NCBI GenBank assembly: GCA_039621445.1
Contig: CP154954.1
Span: forward strand, 4,454,714 to 4,518,713
Source: Euglena gracilis
Taxonomy: Eukaryota
DNA length: 64,000 nt
Direction of reading: 5' to 3'
In this document: positions 1 to 64,000 of the stretch, one piece after another
How the letters are laid out: every line of letters begins with the position of its first letter
Position numbering within the stretch: the stretch's first letter is position 1
Position numbers and translations under genes: made by a program
The notes under the pieces: model-generated
Seen by the model: the letters and a program-made list of their open reading frames with translations, nothing else
The model's database searches: none
What the model was told of the DNA's origin: nothing

Positions 1-63655
<63,655 letters not shown>

Positions 63656-64000
63656 CTGGGCCATTTTGGGCCGTTTTTGGGGTCAAAAAACCGAAGTTTC
63701 CAAAAAAAATACTCAGAAATGAAGCAAAATCAAAAGAAAACTTCTGGAGTCCGAAATTGAAGCACTTACGATGACTATTCAATGGTATTTTGATTTCCCC
63801 GCAACGCCTGGCCCGAAATATGGCCGATTTACGGCCGAAACCAGTGGTGACTTAGCCGTTTTCGGGATAGCGGGGCACAGATTTTTTTACAGGAGAGTTG
63901 ACAAAAGTGGACATCCCGAACCCTTGGGGGGGGGGGATTCGGGATGACCACTTTCTTTCTTTCTGGAGATCAGCTTTAGGAGCAAAAAATTGCTCGGTAT

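Overview
This is eukaryotic nuclear DNA, almost certainly from a euglenid (Euglena-like), and not prokaryotic. Nearly all ORFs in the six-frame track are spurious or only partly real. About 60 short, codon-biased exons on the minus strand span the whole window, so the gene (or two genes) runs off both ends. The product looks like a very large membrane or receptor-like protein, read N to C from right to left: TM helices, a cyclase-linker-like motif, a HAMP-like motif, Cys-rich repeats, a LamG-like domain, a TM helix, an FN3-like motif, ARM-like helices and a Pro-rich tail. Most introns I could resolve are euglenid nonconventional (non GT-AG) introns, with CAG at +4..+6 pairing to CTG at -8..-6 and terminal stems. 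One conventional and one intermediate intron candidate are also present. The main observation concerns the introns, which are full of CAG...CTG-terminated MITEs flanked by perfect 8-bp target-site duplications (a hAT signature). A hAT transposase remnant lies at about 48.4 kb. Some nonconventional introns are themselves such elements with residual 8-bp TSDs, and their 3+5 nt splice geometry removes exactly one TSD copy. This suggests a hAT-driven, scar-free intron-generating (introner) system. Also present are TA-flanked poly-C/poly-G MITEs, Tc1/mariner and Ty3/gypsy relics, an interstitial (TTAGGG)22 array, many micro- and minisatellites, and degraded tandem duplications that may be assembly artefacts. 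All domain calls are by-eye motif recognition, not database hits.
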